A stretch of DNA of 64,000 bases from Terriglobia bacterium (GCA_963748015.1 CAVVHE010000008.1:320001-384000); one strand, 5' to 3'. Shown: positions 18,764-29,956, counted from the stretch's first letter. A program made the numbers and translations. The notes: a model not told the origin generated them from the sequence alone.

Positions 18764-19177
18764 TCACAGGTAGGGAGCGATGCTCATGAGCGGCCGGCTG
18801 ATCCGATCCCGGTCTCGTGTCGGGTTCTGGAGTCGCTGGCGGTCCCGGTCGTGGGCGCGATCGCAGTCGATGCCAGCGCAGGTCGGAACGTAGTCCGGAT
18901 CCTCGCCGTTGCAAATGCCGTCGTTGTCGGCGTCCGGGCAGTCCGGGTTGCAGTAGAGCCCCGGGTCGGGATCCACGTTGTCGCAGACTCCGTCGCAGTC
19001 GCCGTCCGGGCAGACGGGGTTGCAATAACAGCCCGGCACGTAGTCCGGGTCCTGGCCGTTGCAGATTCCGTCGTGGTCGGCATCGGGGCAGTCGGGGTTC
19101 GGCCCACCTGCCCACGCGAGCGTTCCCAGGCCCACGGCGAGCAGGAACGCCATCAGGATCACTCTCGACGTCTTCAT
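18764..19177 (-). CDS. Small secreted Cys/Asp-rich protein with three thrombospondin type-3-like DxDxDG repeats
   Basis: GGGAGG RBS; signal peptide ending AWA; repeats NPDCPDADHDGICNGQDPDY / NPVCPDGDCDGVCDNVDPDP / NPDCPDADNDGICNGEDPDY; 12 Cys. Confidence 0.8.
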   Translation of the reverse strand: MKTSRVILMAFLLAVGLGTLAWAGGPNPDCPDADHDGICNGQDPDYVPGCYCNPVCPDGDCDGVCDNVDPDPGLYCNPDCPDADNDGICNGEDPDYVPTCAGIDCDRAHDRDRQRLQNPTRDRDRISRPLMSIAPYL

Positions 19178-19243
19178 CTCGTCCTCCCTTGCGCGATCGG
19201 CCCGTTTCTCGTGGCAGCCACCGCGGCCACCGGGAATTCCCCC

Positions 19244-19260
19244 TTCAATTCCGGTGCCAG
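19244..19260 (-). promoter_or_regulatory. Putative sigma54 promoter (non-canonical -12)
   Basis: CTGGCAC-CGGAA-TTGAA; IHF-like GATCACGGTCTTC at 19273-19285. Confidence 0.6.
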
Positions 19261-19343
19261 GACAAGAGCGGCGATCACGGTCTTCGGAATCGCTGGGATT
19301 CCGGACGGAAACGCCTGACCCGAACGGAAGCGCAGGAGGGCGA

Positions 19344-19391
19344 CCGGCAGGTTTCGTCGGATTGCGAACCGATCCGGCGGGTTTCGTCGCC
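19344..19391. promoter_or_regulatory. Tandem putative bEBP enhancer sites
   Basis: CCGGCAGGTTTCGTCGG (19344-19360) and CCGGCGGGTTTCGTCGC (19374-19390), 30-bp period; pseudo-palindrome CGRCR-N5-YGYCG. Confidence 0.7.
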
Positions 19392-19505
19392 GTGCAGCGG
19401 CCTCGGATCTTCGGGGCTGAGCGAGGAAGGCGATGCCCTCGCGGATCGCGCGCCGGCAGCAGGTCGTCGGACGGGCCTCCGGGAGAATCGGCGAGGGGAG
19501 GAACT

Positions 19506-19961
19506 CTACCTGCCGCCGCGGTGACGCGGACCGCCCTGCTGCCCGCCGGAACCCGCGCCCCGCCCCGCCTCGCCTCGAGCTTGCGATTCGTTCCAGATCG
19601 CCTCGCCGTGGAGACAACGCAGTCGAAGGGTGCGCCCCGTTCCGCGGTTCCTGACCTGCTGGGCCCCGAACGGCGTCTCGTCGGAGAAGACGCGCACCTG
19701 GAGCGAGTCGCCCACGGCGACACGGAAGCTCTCCGCGTCGAGAAGGGTCGAAGGCGCGATGCGTATCCGGACCGGACCTGCGTTACCGGCGGGAAGAAGA
19801 TCGACGTCGGTCCACCTCGTTCCCGCGGTGTCCTGGGCTTGCTCGACCGCCGCGACCTTGCCCTGCACCGTCAAGAGAGCGCGATCTCGATCCGTCTGCG
19901 CACCTGCGCTCTGCAGGACGGCGAGCGATAGCGTCACCAGGAGAATCCGGTCCCATCTCAT
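19506..19961 (-). CDS. Secreted OB-fold-like protein (paralog of 21004..21507)
   Basis: Signal peptide; QGKVAAVEQ..RIRIAP..VAVGDSLQVR..VRNRGTGRTLRLR..G..W; Gly/Arg-rich tail. Confidence 0.7.
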   Translation of the reverse strand: MRWDRILLVTLSLAVLQSAGAQTDRDRALLTVQGKVAAVEQAQDTAGTRWTDVDLLPAGNAGPVRIRIAPSTLLDAESFRVAVGDSLQVRVFSDETPFGAQQVRNRGTGRTLRLRCLHGEAIWNESQARGEAGRGAGSGGQQGGPRHRGGR

Positions 19962-19965
19962 CGCA

Positions 19966-20862
19966 TCAATACCGAAGGCTCACGGCGAGCCCGAAATCCG
20001 GCGCGCTGTCGGTCAGACCCATGGAGACCTCGACGTTCCAACCCAGCGCCTTTCCCATCCGCCCGTATCCCTCGGCGATCGCTCGCACCCGCGTGGGGTC
20101 TCCCGCGAAGCCCGCGTCCACGGCCTCGAGGGCCGCCTTGAGGCCGCCTCGTCCCCTCGGCCAATCGACCGCCACTTCAGCCGCCGGCCCGTCCTCGAGC
20201 TCGACACCGGGAGGATCGCCGAGCGATACCCACTCGAGATAGGCCTCCACGTCCACGTTCCAACCCTCGCGCCGCCAGCCGGCCCCTCCCCAGAAGTCCG
20301 CCTCGCCGGTCCCGAGGCCTTGATCCTCGTCGGCGGTGGGTAGCTTAACCCCGGCACGCGCGGAAAAGCGACCGAACGGGGCGTCCTGGCCGAGCGATCG
20401 CGAGACGCGAAGTCGCGCGTCGCCGAGCCCGCTTCGGCTGTCGTCGAGCCCGTAGCCGGGTCCGCCGGGCCCGGCGAAATACGACGCCCCGGACGCCGCC
20501 GTCGCGGCAGGGCCACCCGCGCCCCGAGCTCCCCCCGTGGCTGCGGGCGTGCCATAGCGCAACCGGTTCCCGGTGAACGAAGGGCCGAGGATCAGCATGC
20601 CCGGCGGCCCGGACGCGCTCAGTGCCGGAACGGCGGCGTTGAAAGACCATCGAGAGCCGGAGCGCGTCCACCGCAGCTCGATCCCGGAAAGATCGGCGCG
20701 CTCCTCGCCTTCCGGCTGCGACCGGTAGGCGAACGCCTCCGCTTCCAGCAGCGACCGGACCGGAGGCGCCGCTCCGGCGGCTCCCGTGGCGACGATCACC
20801 GCGAGGAAGCCCAAGAAGGGGATCCGGTGAACCGGAGCCCTTTCCCGCCGCGGAACGGCCAT
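19966..20862 (-). CDS. Outer-membrane beta-barrel protein (MetA-pathway/transporter-like family)
   Basis: GAGGAGG RBS; signal peptide; SGLGDARL, VKLPTADEDQGLGTGEADF, GLTDSAPDFG; ends in an aromatic residue (SLRY). Confidence 0.75.
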   Translation of the reverse strand: MAVPRRERAPVHRIPFLGFLAVIVATGAAGAAPPVRSLLEAEAFAYRSQPEGEERADLSGIELRWTRSGSRWSFNAAVPALSASGPPGMLILGPSFTGNRLRYGTPAATGGARGAGGPAATAASGASYFAGPGGPGYGLDDSRSGLGDARLRVSRSLGQDAPFGRFSARAGVKLPTADEDQGLGTGEADFWGGAGWRREGWNVDVEAYLEWVSLGDPPGVELEDGPAAEVAVDWPRGRGGLKAALEAVDAGFAGDPTRVRAIAEGYGRMGKALGWNVEVSMGLTDSAPDFGLAVSLRY

Positions 20863-21003
20863 TGCGATCCTCCTCACTCGTCCCAGACCACTGCACCGAG
20901 GCGCGGCGCCCGGCCGCCGAAGGGGGGGCACTCCGGCATTCCTAGCCACGGAATCTCTCCCGCAGGCCTGCCGGGCGCGCGCCTCGATTCGAAACCTCCT
21001 CCT

Positions 21004-21507
21004 CTAGCCACGGCCGCCACGGCCGCGGGCGCGATCGCAGGAGCCCGTTCCAGGCTCGTGAATCCGATCGCGACGCCGCTCGCGCGCCTGCGTGCCGCTT
21101 CCGCTTCCATCCTGCAGCCGGTCCCTGGTCTGTAGCCGGAGCCGCGTACCGTCTCCCGACCGGATCCGCTCGGTCGTGCCCGTCCGGTAGTTGCGTGCGC
21201 TGACGGCGTCCACGGCCTGCCCGTTCGCTGCGCCGCCCACGAAGCGCGCCCTGACCCGGTCGCCGACCTGCCATCGCTCCTGGGACCGATTGGCGGGGCC
21301 GAGCCTCACCCAGGTGTCCTGGCCTTCCCGCGTGCGGACCCGGATTTCGTCGAACGCGCCCTCGTTTTCGGTCCGAACCGACTGGCGTACCTCCATGATT
21401 TCGCCGGCCAGCGTCCCGCGCTCCTGGGCCGCCGTCGCGGCGCCGGCGGTCGCGGCGGAGAGGATGGTCAGGAAAACCGCGCCGAGAATCCATCTTTCCT
21501 GTTTCAT
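21004..21507 (-). CDS. Secreted OB-fold-like protein with an RDR-rich tail
   Basis: Signal peptide; AGEIMEVRQ..WVRLGP..WQVGDRVRAR..ARNYRTGTTERIR..G; tail QTRDRLQDGSG..RDRIHEPG. Confidence 0.7.
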   Translation of the reverse strand: MKQERWILGAVFLTILSAATAGAATAAQERGTLAGEIMEVRQSVRTENEGAFDEIRVRTREGQDTWVRLGPANRSQERWQVGDRVRARFVGGAANGQAVDAVSARNYRTGTTERIRSGDGTRLRLQTRDRLQDGSGSGTQARERRRDRIHEPGTGSCDRARGRGGRG

Positions 21508-21566
21508 GGTCTTGCTCCCGACCGACCCGAAGCCCCTCCTCATTCGTCGGTCCCACGACCCCATCT

Positions 21567-21582
21567 TGCACCGAGCGTGCCA
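21567..21582 (-). promoter_or_regulatory. Putative sigma54 promoter
   Basis: TGGCACG-CTCG-GTGCA (GG-N10-GC); IHF-like GATCAACGACTTC at 21611-21623. Confidence 0.7.
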
Positions 21583-21642
21583 TCCGAGACCCCGCGCCCG
21601 GCCCCTTCTGGATCAACGACTTCCGGGACTCGTCGAAGCGCG

Positions 21643-21691
21643 ATCGCCGCTTTCGTCGGAGACGCTGCCCCGAACCGACGAAACCTGCCGG
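21643..21691. promoter_or_regulatory. Pair of putative bEBP enhancer sites
   Basis: CCGACGAAACCTGCCGG (21675-21691) is the exact reverse complement of 19344-19360; a second half-conserved site ending TTTCGTCGG lies at 21643-21659. Confidence 0.7.
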
Positions 21692-21738
21692 ATGGAAATC
21701 GGATCGGGACGCAGAGCCTTCGCCGGCCGCGATCCGGC

Positions 21739-23106
<1,368 letters not shown>

Positions 23107-23116
23107 CCAACCCTCC

Positions 23117-25165
23117 TCAGCGCGCGGACCCCGGCACGGCAGGGAGCACGATGCGTACCACCGTGCCGCCTTCTCGACGAGGTGCGACGGCCACGCTCCC
23201 TCCCATCTCGGTGACCAGGCGGTGCACGATCGGCAGCCCCAGACCGTTCCCCCCGGGTTTGGTGGAGAATCCGAATTCGAAGATCTTGTCCAGATCCGCC
23301 GGCGGGACCCCGGGGCCGTCGTCCTCGACCGCGAGGAACACCGCGTTTCCCGTCGTACCCGTGACGACCCGGACCTGGCCGCTTTCCCCGGTCGCATCCG
23401 CGGCATTGCGGACGAGGTTGTGGAGGATCTGGCGGATCGCGGCGGGGTCGAAGACGGCCTGCGGGGGAACGCCGAGCTCGACGGAAAGGCGGGGCCCGTT
23501 CGGAAGCCCCGGAGCGAGAAACGCGATGGTCTCGCGAACCGCCGCGTCGAGATCGCCCGGTTTCGGATCGAGGCGCGGGGGACGGGCCAGCTCGAGAAAG
23601 CCGCTCACGATGCCGTCGAGCCTCTCGACCTCGGCGCGCAATACCCCGGCGAGCCTTCGCTGCTCGTCCGCTCCCTCTTCCGCCAGGAACTGTTTCTGGA
23701 TGCGTTGCACGCCGACCGAGATCGTGTTCAGCGGGTTCCGCACCTCATGGGCCACCGTGGCCGCGAGGCGGCCGAAGGCGGCCAGACTCTCCGTGCGCCT
23801 GGCTTCCCGCTCGAGGCGCCTCAGCTCCGTGAGGTCGCGGAGGACCAGGGCCGTGCCGGCCGGCTCCCCGCCGTCGTCCCGGACGGGAGAAGCCGAGGCG
23901 AGGACGTCCACCAGCGCTCCGCCACCCTCCGTCACGATGGCGAACTCGCGGGTGCGCGTCTCGCCCGAAAGCAGGTCCTCGACACCTGCGCACGGGGTGT
24001 CCCGGCAGGCCTTGCCGACGAGGTCCGGGGCGGCACACCGAAACAGCCGGCACGCCGCCGGATTGACGAGCCGCAGGATGCGCTGCGTATCCACCACGAC
24101 CACTGCGTCGCCGATCCCCTCCAGGACGGCGTCGGTCAGCGAGCGGGCGCGGGCGCTCTCGCCGCGGAGAGCGGCGGCGCGGCGCCGCGCGGCCACGACC
24201 CCCGCGACCGCCACGGCGAGCGCGAACGCGACGATGGCGGCCGCCAGGGTTCGCCGGCGGCCCGAGCGTGCGGCCGCGTCCAGGGGGTCGGCGGCAAGGC
24301 CTACCTTCAGTCGCGCGGTCTGACCGCGCCGCAGCTCGACGGGGCGCTCCAGCTCGAGGGCTCTCGTCCCCGGGGCGCTCGCGCGCGGTCCCGTGCCGGC
24401 GATAGAGCGGCCCTCGGAATCCTCGAGCTCCGCGTAGAGAATGCCTCCGGTCTCGGCGACGGCGTTCATGATGTTGGACGCCCCCACCTCTTCCTGAAAG
24501 GCGAGCATTTGTCGCGCGTCCATGACGACGAGCAGGGCGCCCCCTCGGGCGCGTCGAACCGCGGCGGCATACCGCATTCCCTCGCCGAGAGGGGAGGGCC
24601 GGACGCCCAGGACGAGCTCGTCAGCCTTTCCCTCGATCAGCGGCTGCAACGCGGAGACGTAGGGGCTCGCATGTGGTCCCCCGCTCGGATCGTCGGGACA
24701 AGCCTCGCTCTCGCGATGCAGCCCACGATCCAACAGGAGGATGTGATGCAGTCCCAGCTCGACGGCGAGGTCCATGAGCGATTCCGGGGAGAGGCGGCCC
24801 GAGGCGTCGAGGCGGTCGAGGAGGTGGGCGATGTCGAGCAGGCGGGCCGAGGCCAGCTCTTCGACCTCACGCCCCGAAGACAGCGCGTTCTCCACCGCAT
24901 GAACCAGTGCCTCGACGAGAGCCCCTCCCTCGGACGCCACCAGGCTCTCCATCTCCCCGTGACGCGCTCTGTCCTCGATCTCGGTCCACGCGAGCAGGAG
25001 CACCGCGAGCCCGACGACGGCTAGCGCCGTCAGCAGAAGCGCGGCGTGCCTTCCGCGGCGCTGCGTCGGGTTCAAGGGGCCGGTCCCTCCGGGAAGTGAT
25101 TCCAGCGGCGACTCCCATGCTCCGCGCCGGGACGCTCTTCGCACTCGGGCCATGGACGCTCGCAT
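23117..25165 (-). CDS. Membrane sensor histidine kinase with PAS domain (ZraS-like); start uncertain
   Basis: Two TM segments around a periplasmic domain; PAS; H-box AHEVRNPL, N-box NLVRNA, DDGPG, FSTKPGGNGLGL. Confidence 0.9.
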   Translation of the reverse strand: MRASMARVRRASRRGAWESPLESLPGGTGPLNPTQRRGRHAALLLTALAVVGLAVLLLAWTEIEDRARHGEMESLVASEGGALVEALVHAVENALSSGREVEELASARLLDIAHLLDRLDASGRLSPESLMDLAVELGLHHILLLDRGLHRESEACPDDPSGGPHASPYVSALQPLIEGKADELVLGVRPSPLGEGMRYAAAVRRARGGALLVVMDARQMLAFQEEVGASNIMNAVAETGGILYAELEDSEGRSIAGTGPRASAPGTRALELERPVELRRGQTARLKVGLAADPLDAAARSGRRRTLAAAIVAFALAVAVAGVVAARRRAAALRGESARARSLTDAVLEGIGDAVVVVDTQRILRLVNPAACRLFRCAAPDLVGKACRDTPCAGVEDLLSGETRTREFAIVTEGGGALVDVLASASPVRDDGGEPAGTALVLRDLTELRRLEREARRTESLAAFGRLAATVAHEVRNPLNTISVGVQRIQKQFLAEEGADEQRRLAGVLRAEVERLDGIVSGFLELARPPRLDPKPGDLDAAVRETIAFLAPGLPNGPRLSVELGVPPQAVFDPAAIRQILHNLVRNAADATGESGQVRVVTGTTGNAVFLAVEDDGPGVPPADLDKIFEFGFSTKPGGNGLGLPIVHRLVTEMGGSVAVAPRREGGTVVRIVLPAVPGSAR

Positions 25166-25289
25166 TCGAGTAACGGCGGGAGGCGTCCTGGCAGGACCCG
25201 CAGGCCGATAGTCTAGCCCGGATCGCTGCCGGCCGAGCGATGCGTGAACCCGAATCCGGCCGCTCTGCGGGTGCCGGCGAGGCGAGTCG

Positions 25290-28200
25290 TCAGATCCGTC
25301 GTGACCCCGGGATCGGGATCGCGCCGGGATCGACGGTCCCGAGCTTCATCTCGAACCGCCACTTCCAGATCTCGTAAATGGGCGGATAGACGAGCAGCTC
25401 GAGGACGAAGCTCGTGACGAGCCCGCCGGCCATGGGCGCCACGACCCGCTTCATCATGTCGGCGCCGGTCCCCATGGACCACATGATCGGCATCAGTCCC
25501 ATGAAGGCCGCGGCCACGGTCATCAGCTTGGGGCGGATTCGCTTCACCGCGCCGTGGATGATCGCCTCCCGTAGGTCCTCGCGGGTCCTCATCTTTCCCG
25601 CCCGGACCGCGTCGTAGTAGGACAGGTCCAGGAACAGGAGCATGAACACGCCGGTCTCGGCGTCGAGCCCCATGAGCGCGATCATCCCGACCCAGGTCGC
25701 GATCGACACGTTGTAGCCGAGCCAGTAGACGAGCCAGACCGCGCCGATCACGGAGAACGGCACGGCGAGCATCACGATGGACGCCTTCACGGCCGACTTC
25801 GTGTTCATGTAGAGCAGGACGAAGATGAGGAAGATGGTGATCGGCACCACGATCTTGAGGCGCTCGCGGACACGGAGGATGTTCTCGTACTGGCCGCTCC
25901 ACTGGATCGTGTAGCCCGTCGGGATCTTCACCGCGCCGGCGACCGCCGCCTTGGCCTTCTCGACGTAGCCGCCGACGTCCGACCCCGAGATGTCCACGTA
26001 GACATACCCCGCGAGCATCCCGTTCTCGTCGCGGATCATCGAGGGCCCGGTCGCGAAGCGGATGTCGGCCAGCTCGGCCAGGGGGATCTGGGCCCCCGAC
26101 ATCGTGGGCACGAGCACCCGCTTCAAGCTCTCGAGGTCGTCGCGGAGCTCGCGGGCGTAACGGACGTTGACGGTGTACCTCTCCCGTCCCTCGATGGTCC
26201 GGGTGATCGCCTCCCCGCCGATCGCGGACATGATCACGTCCTGGGCTTCCTGCACGGAGAGCCCGTAACGGGCGAGCCGGTCCCGCCTGAGGTCGAAGTC
26301 GAGGAAGTACCCCCCAGCGGTGCGCTCGGCGTAGATGCTGCGCGTGCCCGGGACGTCCCGGACGGCGCTCTCGATCGAGGCGCCGATGCTCTCGATGACC
26401 GCGAGATCCGGCCCGAAGACCTTGATGCCGACGGGCGTCCGGACACCCGTGGTCAGCATGTCGATGCGGGCCTTGATCGGCATGGTCCACGCGTTCGTGA
26501 CGCCGGGGAACCTCAGCTTCTCGTCCAGCTCGCCGACGATGTCCTCCATCGAGATGCGGTCCGGCCAAACGTGGCGGAAGGGGGACTGGAGAAAAGAGGG
26601 GAGGCCGGAATAGAAGCGGCGCACCGTCCGCCACTCCGAGTGCGGCTTGAGGACGATCGTCGTCTCGATCATCGAGAACGGAGCCGGGTCGGTCGAGGTC
26701 TCCGCGCGCCCGGCCTTTCCCCACACGCTCGAGACCTCCGGCACCTCCTTGATGAGCTTGTCCATGGTCTGGAGCAGCCGGGCCGCCTCGGTCACGGAGA
26801 CGCCGGGCAGGGTGGTCGGCATGTAGAGGATCGCCCCCTCGTCGAGCGGGGGGAAGAACTCGGATCCGAGCTCGAGGTACACGGGGACCGTCGAGGCGAA
26901 CGCCAGCACGGCGAGCAGGACGATCGTCTTGGGCCAGCGAAGGACGAAGCGGCACGCCGGCTCGTACACGGCGAACAGGACACGGCTGATCGGGTGCTTC
27001 TCCTCGGGGTAGTAGGTCCCCACCACGGCCTGGTGGCCGATCCAGGCGAGCCACCTCGGGCGGAACCGCAACCTGTCCATCCGCGTGAACAGCATGCGCA
27101 TCGCGGGGTCGAGGGTGATCGCCAGGACCGCGGCGATGGCCATCGCGAGGTTCTTCGTGTACGCGAGGGGCTTGAACAGGCGCCCTTCCTGGTCCACCAG
27201 GGTGAAGATGGGCATGAACGCGACCGCGATCACGAGGAGCGAGAAGAAGACCGACGGCCCGACCTCCTTGAGGGCGTCGAGGCGCACCTTGTGGAAGTCG
27301 CCGACGCGCCCCCCCGCTTCCCAGAGCTGCAGCTTCTTGTAGGCGTTCTCCACCTCGACGATCGCGCCGTCCACGAGGACGCCGATGCTCATCGCGATCC
27401 CGGCGAGCGACATGATGTTGGACGTCACCCCCATGAAATACATGGGGACGAACGCGAGGATCACCGACACCGGAATCGTCACGATCGGGACGATGGCGGA
27501 GGGGATGTGCCAGAGGAAGACGAGGATCACGAGGCTCACGATCGCGATCTCGACGATCAGCTCCCGCTTCAGGTTGGCGATCGAGCGCTCGATCAGCTCG
27601 GAGCGGTCGTACGTGGCGACCAGCTCGACACCCTCCGGCAGCGACGGCCGCACCTCGTCGATCCGCTTCTTGACCCTCTCGATCACGTTGAGCGCGTTCT
27701 CGCCGTGCCGCATGACGACGATCCCGCCGACCGTGTCGCCGATCCCGTCGAGGTCCGCGACCCCCCGGCGGATGTCCGGCCCGAGGACCACCCGCCCGAC
27801 GTTCCGCACCAGTATCGGGGTGCCCTTGCCGTCGTCGCCGACCACGATCTGCTCGAAGTCCTCCACGGACGTCGCGTACCCCCGCCCGCGCACCATGTAC
27901 TCGGCCCCGGCGAACTCCACGACGCGGCCGCCGACGTCGTCGTTCCCTCGCCGGATCGCCTCGACGACCTTCTGGATCGGGATCCGGTAGGCCAGGAGCC
28001 TCGCGGGGTCGAGGTTGACCTGGTACTGCTTCTCGAATCCGCCGATCGACGCGACCTCTGCTACTCCCGGGACGCTCTGGAGCCAGTATCGCAGGTACCA
28101 GTCCTGGAACGACCGGAGCTGGGCCAGGTCGCGCTTCCCCGAGCGGTCCGTGAGCGCGTACTGGTAGACCCAGCCGACCCCCGTGGCGTCCGGCCCCAGC

Positions 28201-28580
28201 TCGGTGCGCACGCCTTCCGGCAGCCTCGGGAGGATCTTGTTGAGGTACTCGAGGGTCCGGCTCCTCGCCCAGTAGATGTCGGTCCCGTCCTCGAAGATCA
28301 GGTAGACGTAGGAGAAGCCGAAGTCGGAGAACCCGCGGATGGACTTGACCTTCGGCGCGCCCATCAGCGCCGTGACGATCGGGTAGGTGACCTGGTCCTC
28401 CATGATGTCGGGACTGCGGTCCCACCTGGAGTACACGATCACCTGCGTGTCGGAGAGATCGGGGATGGCGTCGAGGGGAACGCCCTTCATCGCGTAGACC
28501 GCCATCGCCACGGCGGCCGCGCAGAGGATCAGGACGACGAACTTGTTCCTCGCCGAGAACTCGATGATCCGTTCGATCAT
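25290..28580 (-). CDS. cusA: CusA/SilA heavy-metal RND efflux pump
   Basis: LDAIPDLSDTQVIV, LGPDATGVGWVYQY, LYMPTTLPG, AWTMPIKARIDML, MIRDENG, HGAVKRIRPKLMT. Confidence 0.95.
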   Translation of the reverse strand: MIERIIEFSARNKFVVLILCAAAVAMAVYAMKGVPLDAIPDLSDTQVIVYSRWDRSPDIMEDQVTYPIVTALMGAPKVKSIRGFSDFGFSYVYLIFEDGTDIYWARSRTLEYLNKILPRLPEGVRTELGPDATGVGWVYQYALTDRSGKRDLAQLRSFQDWYLRYWLQSVPGVAEVASIGGFEKQYQVNLDPARLLAYRIPIQKVVEAIRRGNDDVGGRVVEFAGAEYMVRGRGYATSVEDFEQIVVGDDGKGTPILVRNVGRVVLGPDIRRGVADLDGIGDTVGGIVVMRHGENALNVIERVKKRIDEVRPSLPEGVELVATYDRSELIERSIANLKRELIVEIAIVSLVILVFLWHIPSAIVPIVTIPVSVILAFVPMYFMGVTSNIMSLAGIAMSIGVLVDGAIVEVENAYKKLQLWEAGGRVGDFHKVRLDALKEVGPSVFFSLLVIAVAFMPIFTLVDQEGRLFKPLAYTKNLAMAIAAVLAITLDPAMRMLFTRMDRLRFRPRWLAWIGHQAVVGTYYPEEKHPISRVLFAVYEPACRFVLRWPKTIVLLAVLAFASTVPVYLELGSEFFPPLDEGAILYMPTTLPGVSVTEAARLLQTMDKLIKEVPEVSSVWGKAGRAETSTDPAPFSMIETTIVLKPHSEWRTVRRFYSGLPSFLQSPFRHVWPDRISMEDIVGELDEKLRFPGVTNAWTMPIKARIDMLTTGVRTPVGIKVFGPDLAVIESIGASIESAVRDVPGTRSIYAERTAGGYFLDFDLRRDRLARYGLSVQEAQDVIMSAIGGEAITRTIEGRERYTVNVRYARELRDDLESLKRVLVPTMSGAQIPLAELADIRFATGPSMIRDENGMLAGYVYVDISGSDVGGYVEKAKAAVAGAVKIPTGYTIQWSGQYENILRVRERLKIVVPITIFLIFVLLYMNTKSAVKASIVMLAVPFSVIGAVWLVYWLGYNVSIATWVGMIALMGLDAETGVFMLLFLDLSYYDAVRAGKMRTREDLREAIIHGAVKRIRPKLMTVAAAFMGLMPIMWSMGTGADMMKRVVAPMAGGLVTSFVLELLVYPPIYEIWKWRFEMKLGTVDPGAIPIPGSRRI

Positions 28581-29956
28581 GCCGGCGGCTCTAGGGCTCG
28601 TGCTTTTCGGGGCCCGGGCGCCGCGGAGCCCGCGGCGGTGGCCGCGAGCGCCGCCTTGAGTCTGGACTCCGAATCCACGAAGAAGTTCGCGGACGTCAGC
28701 ACCTTCTCGCCGGGCGAGAGGCCACGGAGGACCTCGAACGTGTCGGGGAGGCGCAGGCCGATCTCGACGTCGCGCGGCTCGAAGTAGCCGTCCCCCTTGT
28801 CCACGAAGGCGATGCTGCGCGCGCCGGTGTCCATCACGGCGCTCGCGGGGACCGCCGTCCGCTCGCCGAGGTCGGCACTCAGGATCACCTCGGCGTACAT
28901 GTCGGGCTTCAGCTCGAGCCCGGGGTTCCCGAGCTCGATCCTCGCCTGCGCCGTCCGCGTCGCCGGATCCATGACCGGATACACGAACGAGACCTTCCCC
29001 TCGAAGCTCTTGCCCGGCAGGTACGACAGGGTGACGGCCGCGCCCTGCCCGATGCGGACGAACGGCAGCTCGTACTCGTAGACGGACGCCACGACCCAGA
29101 TCCGGGAGAGGTCGGCGATGTTCAGCAGGTCCATCTCCGGCTCGATCCGCTGCCCCTCGGTCACGTTGCGCTCCAGGATCGTCCCCGAGATCGGAGCGTA
29201 GATCGTCACCGTGCGCCTTGCCCGGCCGGACTGCTCGATCTCGCGGATCTGCTCGTCGGAGAGGTCGAAGAGCTCGAGGCGCCGGCGGGCGCTCGCCACC
29301 AGCTCGTCACCGGAGCCGGCCACCGACGGGATGCTGCTGCCGGCCGTCCGGGCCCGCGCCTGCAGGGCGACGAGGTACTCCTGCTGGGAGGCGAGCAGCT
29401 CGGGACTGTAGATCTCGAGCAAAGGCTGTCCCTCCCGGACGACCTCTCCGGTCGCGTTCGCGTGGAGCGTCTCGACGTACCCCGCGATCTTCGTGTGAAT
29501 GTGCCGCAACCGCGTCTCGTCGTAGGTCACGCGGCCGGCGGCGCGGATCGTTCGCCGGAACGGGGCCCGCACGACCTCGGATGTCCGGACGCCGATGAGC
29601 TGCTGCTTCTGCGCGGAGAGTCGAATGGAGGCGAGTCCCGGAACGGCGGCGGCATGCGCCGGTTCCGGAGCGGGCAAGTCGCCGGCGCGCGAAGGAGGCG
29701 GCGGTTCGACGCTGCTCACCGCGGGCTCGGTCAGCGAGTCCTCGATGGGCACGAGACGCATGCCGCAGATCGGGCAATCGCCGGGCTTGTCGGACACGAC
29801 GGTCGGATGCATCGGGCAGTGGTACTTGGCGGCGGGGGCCGCGGCACCTGCCGCGGTGCCTTCGTTCGGCGCGTGCCGGGCCAGCATGAAGGCGCCGCCC
29901 GCCGCGCCGGCGAGGATCGCCGCGCCGAGAATCAGAAGGACGCCCCGCTTACTCAT
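28577..29956 (-). CDS. cusB: CusB-like RND periplasmic adaptor with an N-terminal heavy-metal-binding domain
   Basis: YHCPMHP..PGDCPICGMRL, YSPELLASQQEY, LKPDMYA, FFVDSESRL. Confidence 0.9.
   Translation of the reverse strand: MSKRGVLLILGAAILAGAAGGAFMLARHAPNEGTAAGAAAPAAKYHCPMHPTVVSDKPGDCPICGMRLVPIEDSLTEPAVSSVEPPPPSRAGDLPAPEPAHAAAVPGLASIRLSAQKQQLIGVRTSEVVRAPFRRTIRAAGRVTYDETRLRHIHTKIAGYVETLHANATGEVVREGQPLLEIYSPELLASQQEYLVALQARARTAGSSIPSVAGSGDELVASARRRLELFDLSDEQIREIEQSGRARRTVTIYAPISGTILERNVTEGQRIEPEMDLLNIADLSRIWVVASVYEYELPFVRIGQGAAVTLSYLPGKSFEGKVSFVYPVMDPATRTAQARIELGNPGLELKPDMYAEVILSADLGERTAVPASAVMDTGARSIAFVDKGDGYFEPRDVEIGLRLPDTFEVLRGLSPGEKVLTSANFFVDSESRLKAALAATAAGSAAPGPRKARALEPPA

Noticed and set aside
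18880..19110. Repeated DNA units as a possible CRISPR array
   Set aside because: They are in-frame coding repeats of the DxDxDG protein; there are no unique spacers and no cas genes.
19506..21507. Magnetosome island, based on MamS-like OB folds
   Set aside because: No mamA/B/E/K/M/Q-like or feo genes in the window, and the resemblance is unverified.
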